Notes: generated by a model not told the origin, from the sequence alone. Counted from the stretch's first letter, positions 18,300-28,152 are shown. The stretch is DNA of 32,000 bases from Candidatus Midichloria mitochondrii IricVA (GCF_000219355.1 NC_015722.1:990001-1022000), one strand, 5' to 3'. Numbers and translations: made by a program.

Positions 18300-20458
18300 G
18301 CGAAAAGCTGGTGAAATTCATAGAGTTGTATTGTAGGCCATGTTATGACACTTTTAACCCAAAATCATTTTACTCAACTTCACTCTGGGGTTTTATATAA
18401 ATGGATCTACAGGTTATCCTATGAGGCTGGGCATTGCAATAGGTGGCGATGTGAACTGTGATGGATTTACGATATAGTTTTATCTTCTCCTCACTCCACA
18501 TCTAATTTAGGACAAAGTATCATATCCAGAAGCAGGCACCGTGTTTGTAGTCTTCCGCCGCTCTGATATTTCATCACCAGTAGATCTATCTCAACTAAAT
18601 GGAACAAATGGTTTCAAGATTCGGTCCGGCCGCTCATACCAGGAAGTAATCTAGAGCTTGCAGTAAGCATAAAAAGTGACCTAAATGATAATGGTTATAA
18701 TGATATAGTATAATTTCTTCGCAAGAAGGTGTTGACATAATATACGGCTCTTCTTCCTTTACGGAGTCATTCATAATTCAATTAACTACCGATGGAGTTG
18801 GTCTTTAATCACTCATTCTAATTTAACTTACGAAGACTGGTCTACTAACCTTTCTACGGGTGGAGATTTGAATGGTGATGGCATCGATGACTCAACAATC
18901 TCTGGAAATACTACAGCTTATGTAGTATTCGGCGCCAATTATACCTTTGCCAGAGAAACTTCTATTGAAGATATAGAACATTGGGGTAGGATATTTACAG
19001 ATCAACAACCTATAAAAGTCGCTCATAGACGAAGTGATGATAATCTTAACTTCAACCAAATATCTAGGTTCATTTGGATTTACTGGCGATGTAAATCATG
19101 ATGGAAAAACCGATCTTGGATTTGAGAATGAGATGTCAACATATCATTCTAACGCCTATACCTTCTACTGCCGTATATTAGGACTTTACTCCACAAACAC
19201 AACTATACCAATAACGGTTCTGTCTCGTATAGCGGTTCAGTACCTTATAGTGGAATGGTACCCTATAATTATCTCTGTAGCGTATTCTAATATATTTTAC
19301 TATGGTCCTTGTGGGAGAATGTTTGCAACGGTGGATATGGAACTCAGCAACTAAATATTCCATGTAGCGGAGCGCTTCTTACAGTGGAAATGTACCATAT
19401 AGCGGTTCCATCCCTTACACTGGGAGCGTAAACTACAATAGCAGTGCTGCTTTTTATAGCGAGCGGCATAATTCCCTATAATATCACCATTCACAATACC
19501 TTATTAACCAAAGGGATATCTATTTTTTCCTGCTCAGATTTCTTGCCTTTGACACCCTCCATCACAATAACAGAAGATCCTGCAGTACTGGAAAGCCACA
19601 CTATCGATGCAGTAAAAGCAAACATATTTCTGCCAAAATCTCCGTATATAATAGCAAAAGGCAGAGCAGACCTAAATGGTGACGGAATTGATGATTTTGT
19701 GTATGCGCAAGATACTAAAATACGTGTCCTATACGGTAATAAGGAACAAACACTTATATTTGGTCTAAAAAAGGGGTTTAATGTCATATTGCCAGATTCT
19801 ATATTAGTTAACTCATTATATAGGTAATGAGTTTAATGGTGATAACTTAGATGACATGGCAATAAGCCCTAATACGGAAGCAATAACAGGTCCGATATAA
19901 ATGCAACTATACCACCAGAACAAGCTGGATATGGCACGGACTTATTCTCATTCAATACTACTGAGACAAAAACCGGCGTCCGTTTTAGTAATATCTGATC
20001 CGTATCAAGACTCCTTAACCAATATAGCAGGTAGAGTATTTGTATTGTTCGGGAGCTCAACCTACGAAGCCAATTCCTTTTCAAGCACCAGCAAACAGCT
20101 GGGTCTACTAACAATGATTACAGCACTTCTGCAGTTATAACCACTACTCTCCCAAATCCACAGTACGCATATCTAATAATGAGGATCATAGCACTTCTTC
20201 AACTGGTGTGGGAGTTGCAATATAGGAGTATTAGCTTCTTTAAATATTGGGTATTGGAGCCTTCTTAGGTTATAAATCATATCAGCATAAGCTCACCCAT
20301 AAGGTATATAATAACGATGAAACTACTCAAATACTGATGTGTCCCAATATATAAAGCAACTAAAATCCAACCAACCACCTGTAGATACTCATTTTCATGA
20401 CAATCCTAGTACGGAGCCTGTAACAACACATATAAACTTGCGTAGGGAAGAATTACTT
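18300..20458 (+). pseudogene. Heavily degraded FG-GAP/integrin-alpha-like repeat surface protein gene (many stops and frameshifts); 3' end cut by IS982
   Basis: FG-GAP-like units are scattered over all three + frames: GFYINGSTGYPMRLGIAIGGDVNCDGF, GTVFVVFRRSDISSPVDLSQLNGTNGFKI, SIKSDLNDNGYNDIV, GGDLNGDGIDDSTISGNTTAYVVFG, GFTGDVNHDGKTDLGF, GRADLNGDGIDDFVYAQDTKIRVLYG, NEFNGDNLDDMAIS, AGRVFVLFGSS. No ORF here is longer than 127 aa. The start coordinate is approximate. Confidence 0.65.
19228..19461 (+). repeat. Two clusters of 18-bp (hexapeptide YSGxVP-type) tandem repeats inside the FG-GAP pseudogene
   Basis: 19228-19269 encodes YSGSVP YSGMVP YN.. and 19390-19461 encodes YSGNVP YSGSIP YTGSVN YNSSAA. 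The period is 18 nt, and the units begin TAT/TAC AGY GG. Confidence 0.6.
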
Positions 20459-20751
20459 AACCTCAGTTTGACGTAAGGAGTATGCCCGTGAGCCTATTTT
20501 TCCACGAGATATATTGGGTTTGAAGACATAAGCCAAGAGCCCTGAGAAAGAGGTCTGCCAAGAAATTGTTTGGCGAGCGATGCCGTGGTGTGCTGGATTT
20601 GGCAAATCTCTTTCAATTGTCCGATGGCTGTTTCAATCAATCCACGCCCTGCAAGAAGCAGTTGTTTAAAAGCCGCAAGCGGGTTTTGTTTTTCATGTTT
20701 TTCTTAAGCCGTGTGATGAGCTCAATACCTTGATTGCTCAGTGTTTTTGTT
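20459..20751 (-). mobile_element. IS982-family 3'-terminal fragment (~290 bp), inverted; left arm of the second compound element
   Basis: It starts with AACCTCAGTTTGACGTAAGG and ends ..CAGTGTTTTTG immediately before the left IR of the next copy. The breakpoint is the same as at 13830/13832. Confidence 0.8.
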
Positions 20752-21670
20752 AACCCCAGTTTGAGATAAGTTTTAAAGAAGCTGTATAACCATTAGGTTT
20801 TTCTCAATTTCACGATAAATAAGAAAAGTGGTTCCCCTAGTAGAAATATTTTGTTTGATTGATGATTTTTGCAAGCGACAACTCACGTACCAAAGATCCT
20901 TAAGAAACTCGCAGAGACAAAGGGAACGAGAGTCTGGGATGATGCTTTCCGAAGTTATAACGATCCTCGTTTTGTTTCATTTGAGGGCATTACCGGATTC
21001 AAAGATTTTTACCTAAACTGTTTTCAAATCTCTCTCAGAGAGGGATTGCCGAAGCTTATCAGCTACAATCGCTTTGTTGAGCTGATGCGAGACGCGGTCA
21101 CCCCGTTGGTCATTCTGCTGAATTGCTGCAAAGGGAAACAAACAGGTACGTTGACTCAACAAAAAGCTGGAAAAGGTTTGTCATAACTCACGTACTAGCC
21201 GTAATAAGGTCCTTAAAGGCGTCGCTCAGCGTGGGAAAACGTCGACCCGGATGGTTCTTTGGCCTCAATGATCAAGGAGAGATTATGTCATTCACACTGA
21301 CTTCGGGTAATACAGATGATCGAGCCGTTGTCGAAAAACTGACTCAATATTTGACAGGCCTTCTATTCGGAGATCGGTGGTATATAAGCAAAAACACTGA
21401 GCAATCAAGGTATTGAGCTCATCACACGGCTTAAGAAAAACAAAACCCGCTTGCGGCTTTTAAACAACTGCTTCTTGCAGGGCGTGGATTGATTGAAACA
21501 GCCATCGGACAATTGAAAGAGATTTGACAAATCCAGCACCACGGCATCACTTGCCAAACAATCTCTTGGCAGTCCTCCTCTCGGGGCTCTTGGCTTATGT
21601 CTCCAAACCCAAATATATCTCATTGGAAAAATAGGCTCATGGGCCTACTCCTTAACGTCAAACTGAGGTT
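20752..21670 (+). mobile_element. IS982-family copy C, full length but with a frameshifted transposase
   Basis: Left IR AACCCCAGTTTGAGATAAG; right end CTTAACGTCAAACTGAGGTT at 21670. ORFs 20828..21016, 20869..21186 and 21123..21416 repeat those of copy A. The first 62-aa ORF is identical to 6583..6771. Confidence 0.8.
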
Positions 21671-21764
21671 ATTTATCGTGAAATTGAGAAAAATTTAATG
21701 GTTACACAGCTTCTTTGAAGCCATATCAGATAATTTCTTTAAACCTTATCTCCGAACCGGGGTT
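21671..21764 (-). mobile_element. IS982-family 5'-terminal fragment (~94 bp), inverted
   Basis: ATTTATCGTGAAATTGAGAAAAATTTAATGGTTACACAGCTTCTTTGAAGCCATATCAGATAATTTCTTTAAACCTTATCTCCGAACCGGGGTT is the reverse complement of the first ~94 bp of the element (compare 6483-6575), with a diverged IR. Confidence 0.75.
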
Positions 21765-23519
21765 AACTAAAAAATCTACTTCTAACCCAGTTTTAGTACG
21801 CTAATAATTTATTTTACAATCAAGTTCTTCATACTATTGTAAGCAACTATTTCTTGCAAAATATAATTTTCTAAAGCTTTGCCAGCTTGGCTTCATTCTA
21901 TAGTTTCAAAGTGATTTTTAGAGAGGTGCGTTGCTAATCCAACATCAAATAAGTAAAATTTTGGTTGAGAAGTGATGATTTCTCGGTTTACTTTTTTACT
22001 ATATGGATAAATAAAATAACCCAATAATGTATCTTCTAATGTATGGAAATACTCCTTAACGATTTTTGCATCTATCGCAACTTCTCTTGAAATATTAGTA
22101 AAATTTATCATTTCTCCATTTGAAAATGACATAATATCTGAAAATCTAGCGAAGCCTGGCAGACTTCTTACTAATCCTTCTGCTTGAATTTCATGCACCA
22201 AATAATCCTCAATATATGATTTCAGAGCCTTTTTTGGATTTGCTGTTTGATAGTGAGAAGGCACACATCCATGATTCAGTACTTTAAGTAAAGAAAAATC
22301 CGTAACCTCGCTATATACGTAACGGAAAAAAAATTATACTTCCAAGCTCTCCTTCCCAATAAATTTTGGCAATGCCTGGTAATTATAGACGGCATAAGAA
22401 GGTATGATATCTTCGTAGTAGAATGGGTGAAGTAGGAAATGACAATCAAGTGTAAATATTGCGGCTCTAGCGAGCAGGTGAAGAATGGCGTGGTATAGGG
22501 ACAGCAAGAGGTAATAGGTGCAAGAATTGCAAAAAGAATTACCGAGAAGGTAATAAGCGGCAGAAATACACGATGAATGATAGACTTAAAACCTAACCTT
22601 GAGGACTGCGGGATTAGGACGATAGAGAGACTGACTGGAATCCATAACAGCCAAATATCTTCATGGATCGAAGGACGGGGGGACGCTATGTGCAAGAAAA
22701 GTTAGATAAGAGCTGCAACAGCACAAAGTCACTTAAGGATATCGAGGTCCTAGAGATTGACGAGCTGTGCACATATATAAAAAAAGACCAAAGAATGGAA
22801 GTGGGGTACACCTTTATATGGATTACTGTTGATAGAGGAGCGGGTGAAATTATTGATTTTGAAGTAGGTGACGGGAGCAAGGCAACCCACCTGAACCTGT
22901 CATTTAGGCTTTGAGGAACGTTATAAATGAGCATGTACAGATGATTACAGCGTTTACGAATACTATAAAATCTCCACGCACCATCACAAAACAAAAGCTG
23001 AGACCTCATTTGTAGAATCAAAGAATTCTTTAAGAGGCATTATCCAGCTAGTTTTAATCGAAGAACGAAGCGCTATAGCAAACCCCTGAGGATGCTTTGC
23101 GCTACTCTCACCCTCTTCTTCCATAGGCATTTGCTGGATTTGAAACTCCTATCTATAAATATTAGGCAATGCCGGAATTTGCACCTGTTCTTTTAAGTTT
23201 CTGGGCACTAGAGCCACACCATATAAAAGATAAATTAGCATTTTCTATCAGCCATTGTATTTCATCTAAAATTTGGGGAACCTTTTGTACTTCATCTATT
23301 ATTATATGATATGGAGAACCTCCTGTGGCTAGAAGCCCTTCTCTTAATTTATGAGGAGCTTTCAAATAACGCAAATATTCATCGGATTTTAAAAAATCAT
23401 AATAAATTGAATTTGGAAAATGTTGCTTCAAGTATGTGGATTTGCCAGTCTTTCTAGCACCCCATAGGAAGGCCGGACTGATTCTTTGGTAAATTCGTTT
23501 TAATTAATCTCTGATACAT
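21765..23519 (-). pseudogene. AAA_14 / DUF4143-type ATPase gene: frameshifted, split by an IS1-family insertion, and truncated at its 3' end by IS982
   Basis: N-terminal part: MYQRLIKTNLPKNQ, then (frameshift near 23470) PAFLWGARKTGKSTYLKQHFPNS..IIIDEVQKVP (Walker A and B), ..CGSSAQKLKRTGAN, which ends at the IS1 end (23173/23174). It resumes at 22367 with NLLGRRAWKYNFF, then a frameshift, then EVTDFSLLKVLNHGCVPSHYQT..DVGL. A further frameshift follows (GKALENYILQEIVAYN) and another (RTKTGLEVDFLV), and the gene then runs into the IS982 end at 21764. Confidence 0.7.
22368..23173 (+). mobile_element. Degenerate IS1-family insertion sequence, copy 2, inserted in the DUF4143 ATPase gene
   Basis: Ends: GGCAATGCCTGGTAATTATAGAC (22368-) and TCTATAAATATTAGGCAATGCC (-23173), which are imperfect inverted repeats. 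InsA-like MTIKCKYCGSSEQVKNGVV-stop. InsB-like IEVLEIDELCTYIKKDQRMEVGYTFIWITVDRGAGEIIDFEVGDGSKAT and ..FNRRTKRYSKPLRML. There are many stops. Confidence 0.75.
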
Positions 23520-23645
23520 GGCGGAATTAATTCCTTAATAGTAATGCTAATAAGAAATATAATCTTGAGTACGCTAAGTCAATGAATAACACTAAGAGAA
23601 GCAGCAATGGTTTTAAATGGTATTTATAGTTTTGAGCTAAAGATC

Positions 23646-24120
23646 TTATAACAAATGTTGAGTACTATACAAATTGTTTTGTAGAACATATTGCATACCT
23701 ATATTATTGTTTCTATCGATAAATAATGGGGCCTTAGTATTCAACGCGATGTTCGTTTTGCCCTCCACCCCCTTTTTTAAAGAAGCTATCAAAAACAAAT
23801 CGACTTCCTCTTTTTTCATTCCAATCAACATGCAAGTCGTGATAATATCTATCTTATTTATCAATGAATTATTTACTTCTTGATGATATAAAAGAAAGGT
23901 CACTGCTTCCCTTTCAGTACTTTGCAATAAAGAGAAGTTATCTATGGTTGAATTAAAATTTTCTATTATATAATAAAACTTTAATTCAGGAATTCCTATT
24001 AAACCAAAGGGCAGCGTTATTTTATTAGATTTTTAATACTCTGAATTTACCAAATTTATTGGAAATAACTTCGGTTTCGCTTTCTGATAAGAGCCTTTTA
24101 TCTAAAGCATTATTACTCAT
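23646..24120 (-). CDS. fliW: Flagellar assembly factor FliW, interrupted by a frameshift in an A5 run
   Basis: ATG at 24120, 2 nt after the flgL stop. MSNNALDKRLLSESETEVISNKFGKFRVLK stops at 24025-24027. Dropping one A from the run at 24030-24034 gives ..LKSNKITLPFGLIGIPELKFYYIIEN..FSLLQSTEREAVTFLLY...NIALNTKAPLFIDRNNNIGMQYVLQNNLYSTQHLL. This has the FliW hallmarks (F..G.pGf, LQS, NLkAPi.IN...G.Q.il....Y...H.L). Confidence 0.8.
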
Positions 24121-24122
24121 CT

Positions 24123-24998
24123 TTAACCTCTATTGTGGTCAAAAATTTCTAAAAATTTTTTCGTTATTTCAAGCGTCCTATCATATTGATTTTCTTTGCT
24201 TCTTAATACTCCTGCATACTCAATATCACTCTGAGACGCAGCATCTTGATGATTGCTCATGAGGTTACTGCTGTCTAACTGATACTTATCTTTCAGGTAT
24301 TTAATTTCTTGAAGAAACATTGCAGCCCCTAAGCGCAGCCTTACAACCTCATTAAAGGATTCATCTAATACTTGATTAATTTTGCCATACCCAATCTCTT
24401 TTTTAGAAGCAATCTGTTTAAATGAGTCTAATATATTTTTTATAGCTACATTGTCAGCCCGCACCTCTATTTCGCCGCTGTATTGGCCTTTTAAACTAAG
24501 AGAAAGATTTGAAGTGCCGCCGTTGTAACTTAAGTCACTTTCCTCTAAAGGCTTTATTTTAATTTGATTACCACTCATAACGTAATCCCCATTACTACTT
24601 TTTGAGTTACATAATGCAACAACAGCCTTTAAGGCATTTTCTCCAATATGTCTCAGTTGGTTAAGGCTTGTGATTCTGTTATAGTTATTATCTTCTGCTA
24701 ACTGTGCTTTCACTTTTGTTACAATTTGTTCAATACTATCTAATACATTAATAACCACATTGACCTTATTCTCGATATCACACAGTTTGCCCTCCTCTGC
24801 CTTCGCTTCAGCGCTTGTAGCTTCTATATTTACTATTTCATTTATTTGATTAACAGTTAAGCCACTCCAAGTAGGAGCTTTGTAAGTAAACCCTGAATCA
24901 GGGTTGGTATAGTCTTTTTGTCTTGCAGAGTATAAATCATTAGCACTTCTATTAAGCTGCTTTGGTTGCATTTTAGATATATAAGCAGAATTCACCAT
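24123..24998 (-). CDS. flgL: Flagellar hook-associated protein 3 (FlgL), divergent
   Basis: 291 aa, directly downstream of flgK. The central block resembles the FlgL/flagellin N-domain (..VLDSIEQIVTKVKAQLAED..NRITSLNQLRHIGENALKAVVALCNS..GDYVMSGN). The C-terminal helix has D.EYA..L. The N-terminal 60 aa are atypical. Confidence 0.6.
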   Translation of the reverse strand: MVNSAYISKMQPKQLNRSANDLYSARQKDYTNPDSGFTYKAPTWSGLTVNQINEIVNIEATSAEAKAEEGKLCDIENKVNVVINVLDSIEQIVTKVKAQLAEDNNYNRITSLNQLRHIGENALKAVVALCNSKSSNGDYVMSGNQIKIKPLEESDLSYNGGTSNLSLSLKGQYSGEIEVRADNVAIKNILDSFKQIASKKEIGYGKINQVLDESFNEVVRLRLGAAMFLQEIKYLKDKYQLDSSNLMSNHQDAASQSDIEYAGVLRSKENQYDRTLEITKKFLEIFDHNRG

Positions 24999-25017
24999 AA
25001 AATTACCTATTTAAAAA

Positions 25018-27426
25018 TTACTTAAAAGCATCTAAGAAAGCCTGATTGACTTTTAATGTATTAGAAAACGCTATAGATAGAGCCGATTGCATACTGCTTA
25101 ATTGAAATAAATCATACTTCGACTGATCATCATCAAATCCTTGTTGAGTATTTAATTCCGCTTCTATATTCTCTAAAATACTGACCTGGTTCTCATGTAA
25201 TGACTTAAATTCTCTATGCTTGCATTCTGAATGAAAAATTAGATTACCGATATTTTTCGATATATCAGTGGCTATAATTGGCCATTTACTCTCAATCCTA
25301 TAATTGGATAAACCAACTTCGCAAGAACTCACTACATTACCCTTTTCGCCCTCTTTTCTATAAATAGTTAATTGAGAGTAAGAAAACAATTTTGAGTTTT
25401 TTAGTATATCATTTCTTATTGATATATCTTTCGCTGCATTTTTATAATTTTGAAAATTACTAGCATCACGAGGTCTAAAAAGGTCATTAAGTCCAAAGAA
25501 CTCGCTGAAACCCGCTGTTAGCATCCGATCAACATTATTTGCCTTTCCACTCATTTGCTCATCAACCTGCAAAATGGCTATCTTATACTTATTGGTATTC
25601 GTTCTAAGCTCTAAAAATCCTCCTATACCAGCCTCAGATATTTGTGCACCACTTTCATTAACTAATGACGAAGTAAGGATATTTGTCGGATTAGTCACTT
25701 TCAACTTACCAAAGTTTGTATCCCCGCTATTAGGAGGTAAAACTTCTTTTGCAGAAAAAGACTTACCTAAAATTCCATTTACGTTATTAGCATAAAAAGC
25801 AGGATCGCCTATTTCATAAACTATCTTACTGTAAACTGGTCCACTATCATCTATACTTTGGACTTCAACAATCAATTCCACTGTATAAGGGTAAGTAGGA
25901 GCAACAATAGGGTTACCGCTTGCATCAATACTATTATTAGTATCAATACTTAATCCAGGAATTATTTTTTGCCGCGCTCCGGCCGCAATCATGTTTAAGG
26001 TATTAAGATTAGTATCGCTTTTAAGCTCAATACCTGCACCATTAGTTACCTTAAGATTAGTAATCTTAAATCCTGTTTCTGAAGTCTGCATCGCATTGGT
26101 TACTTCTATTCCCAATTCTAGTATATTCGTGTTAGTAATCTGCGGGCTTTTAGAAACTAATTTAATATCATACAACCCAGATACCTCCACTCTCCTGTTA
26201 TCCGCAGAGAAATAATCATTTATCCTGGTTATAATTGACCGCACATTTGTTTGACCTGTTGAATTTAAATCAAGTTCCGCCATATCAAGCTCTAAAGGTA
26301 CAAAATCCTGGCCTTCATAGTTAGCTGGTCTACCATTTTCGTCAACTAATGCTATTAATGCTTTACCTCGTGCAGCTACCGTTGAATCGAGATTGAAATT
26401 TACGCTTCCACTTAATAATGGAGCCCCAGCACGTGAAGTCAGTGCGTTGTGCATTGAATTCATGTTTCTCATTAATTTTTCAGATAACTTATTAATGTTT
26501 GTAAGTGCATCGGCGAGCAAGCCGTCCCTAGCTTCTAAAAGTCCGCCTAAAATTCCACTTTGAATTTTATATTCTGTATTAGTACTATCTGTACCGCTTG
26601 ATACTACTGTAAAGTCATCTACAGCATATAAGCTTTTACTACTAACCCCAAGCTTTCTGAGAACTATTCTATTAAATGGCTCCTCAGACAAAATATTTGA
26701 AACGCCTTCACTTTTATAGGCAAATTCAGTAGCACTTGATCTTCCAACTAAATTATATATTTCCCTATCAGTTACAATGTTTATCTCTTGTGTTCCATCA
26801 TTAAGTGTCTTTGTCGCAATTGAAAAATATTTTGCAAGTTCACTAGTCGCAGCCCAAATACTCTTTTGCGTATCTACATAAATCTGTTCATCTTTTCGCT
26901 GCTGGTTTTCTCGGAGTACTTTATTGCCCTCCCGGACCGTTGCAAGCAATTGATTAATTTCAAATATTGATTTCTCTATATTTAGGTCAGCCTCTCCTCT
27001 CATATCTTGTAATGTCTCATGAATGGAATTAAGCTTTTTTGTCAACTTATTTAATGCAATAATAGCTTTGCGATCGCCATTTCTATGTAAATCACTGAGT
27101 ATACCATTAACCTTGTTAAACAAGTTATGTAACGCAAAAGCGTCATTAGGTTGCCCTATGGCGTTAATTATCCTATTACTATATTCATCCATAATCTTGC
27201 TCCTTTCTGCCTGCGAAACCATGTCAATATATCCCTTAGTCAGATCAGTATTAATAGCAGCATTTAACTTAGCCTCTATATTACCAAAACGATCATCAGT
27301 ATACTTAACATCTGTTCTTATATATAAAGAATCAACCGCTGCACTTTCACTATTTCTTGTGGCGGTCACTACTCCTTCATTTACTATTTTTGATCCACTG
27401 GAGAAAATATTGTAGATATTAGCCAT
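25018..27426 (-). CDS. flgK: Flagellar hook-associated protein 1 (FlgK), long form (802 aa)
   Basis: The N-terminus (IFSSGSKIVNEGVVTATRNSESAAVDSLYIRTDV) follows the FlgK pattern (..sGL.a.q..l.v.s.NIaNa.t.GYsR). A C-terminal helical region is present. The position between flgN-like and flgL fits. Confidence 0.75.
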   Translation of the reverse strand: MANIYNIFSSGSKIVNEGVVTATRNSESAAVDSLYIRTDVKYTDDRFGNIEAKLNAAINTDLTKGYIDMVSQAERSKIMDEYSNRIINAIGQPNDAFALHNLFNKVNGILSDLHRNGDRKAIIALNKLTKKLNSIHETLQDMRGEADLNIEKSIFEINQLLATVREGNKVLRENQQRKDEQIYVDTQKSIWAATSELAKYFSIATKTLNDGTQEINIVTDREIYNLVGRSSATEFAYKSEGVSNILSEEPFNRIVLRKLGVSSKSLYAVDDFTVVSSGTDSTNTEYKIQSGILGGLLEARDGLLADALTNINKLSEKLMRNMNSMHNALTSRAGAPLLSGSVNFNLDSTVAARGKALIALVDENGRPANYEGQDFVPLELDMAELDLNSTGQTNVRSIITRINDYFSADNRRVEVSGLYDIKLVSKSPQITNTNILELGIEVTNAMQTSETGFKITNLKVTNGAGIELKSDTNLNTLNMIAAGARQKIIPGLSIDTNNSIDASGNPIVAPTYPYTVELIVEVQSIDDSGPVYSKIVYEIGDPAFYANNVNGILGKSFSAKEVLPPNSGDTNFGKLKVTNPTNILTSSLVNESGAQISEAGIGGFLELRTNTNKYKIAILQVDEQMSGKANNVDRMLTAGFSEFFGLNDLFRPRDASNFQNYKNAAKDISIRNDILKNSKLFSYSQLTIYRKEGEKGNVVSSCEVGLSNYRIESKWPIIATDISKNIGNLIFHSECKHREFKSLHENQVSILENIEAELNTQQGFDDDQSKYDLFQLSSMQSALSIAFSNTLKVNQAFLDAFK

Positions 27427-27440
27427 AGCATTTCCCTTCT

Positions 27441-27893
27441 TTAAATTGTCGAGTTAAACTTGAAAGCATTGCTGCCTACTTTATTACTAAAGTTTAGATT
27501 TTTGCCGCTAGAACCATATAGAGCGAGTTTGTTCTCTTCTTTTTTGGCTACACGCTGTATTGAAGACAGAATAATATTTATTACATATAGTCTTTTTCCT
27601 ATAAGTCTTGCGTTTTCTTCAGTTAGCGTTAAGAGAGCGCTAACCGATTCTTTAATTGAGGAATATTGATCTTTAGTTATACTCAAGGCAATAACTTCTT
27701 CATTTCTAAGTACATTAAATATAATACTCTTGTTTTCTAACACCATATTAGTCAGGAATTCTTTTTCATCAGATAATTGGACAATTTCATCTATCTGATC
27801 TTTTTCTATTAGCTTGTTCTCAAGCCTTATAAGATCGCTTAAGCAAACTATCGAATTATAAAGCTTATCATATTTACTTAACTCTTCTCTCAT
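27441..27893 (-). CDS. flgN: FlgN-like flagellar export chaperone (assigned mainly by context)
   Basis: 150-aa predicted all-helical protein (LSDLIRLENKLIEKDQIDEIVQLSDEKEFL) immediately upstream of flgK, as in flgN-flgK arrangements. No sharp motif. Confidence 0.45.
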   Translation of the reverse strand: MREELSKYDKLYNSIVCLSDLIRLENKLIEKDQIDEIVQLSDEKEFLTNMVLENKSIIFNVLRNEEVIALSITKDQYSSIKESVSALLTLTEENARLIGKRLYVINIILSSIQRVAKKEENKLALYGSSGKNLNFSNKVGSNAFKFNSTI

Positions 27894-27896
27894 TTC

Positions 27897-28151
27897 TTAA
27901 GCCTCATTATTTGGATTGTAAGCAGCTAAATATTTTCTAATGCTATCCTGAATATTTACACTACTAGCTATTTGCTCTCCCAACTTCTCTTGCAGAAGAT
28001 AAGCATAAACTTCACTATCAACTGAATCTCCAACATTTAAGGATTTTGTCACCTCTTCAAGCAAAGGTTTAAGCATTTCCCTAACGAACATTTCTGTCAT
28101 CTTAAAGGCGGCTTTATCTATATTTTTATTATTAATACTTGTTACTTGCAT
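27897..28151 (-). CDS. flgJ: Rod-binding protein (short FlgJ, no muramidase domain)
   Basis: 84 aa. AAFKMTEMFVREMLKPLLEE...SEVYAYLLQEKLGEQIA fits the Rod_binding domain pattern (..FEa.fl..mlk.m.....y..m.dq.la..). It lies directly after flgI. Confidence 0.65.
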   Translation of the reverse strand: MQVTSINNKNIDKAAFKMTEMFVREMLKPLLEEVTKSLNVGDSVDSEVYAYLLQEKLGEQIASSVNIQDSIRKYLAAYNPNNEA

Positions 28152-28152
28152 A

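Noticed and set aside
18164-19827. Short ORFs 18164..18400, 18868..19101, 19034..19354 and 19444..19827, considered as independent small genes.
   Set aside because: They are fragments of one decayed FG-GAP repeat gene. Repeat units continue across their stops into other frames.
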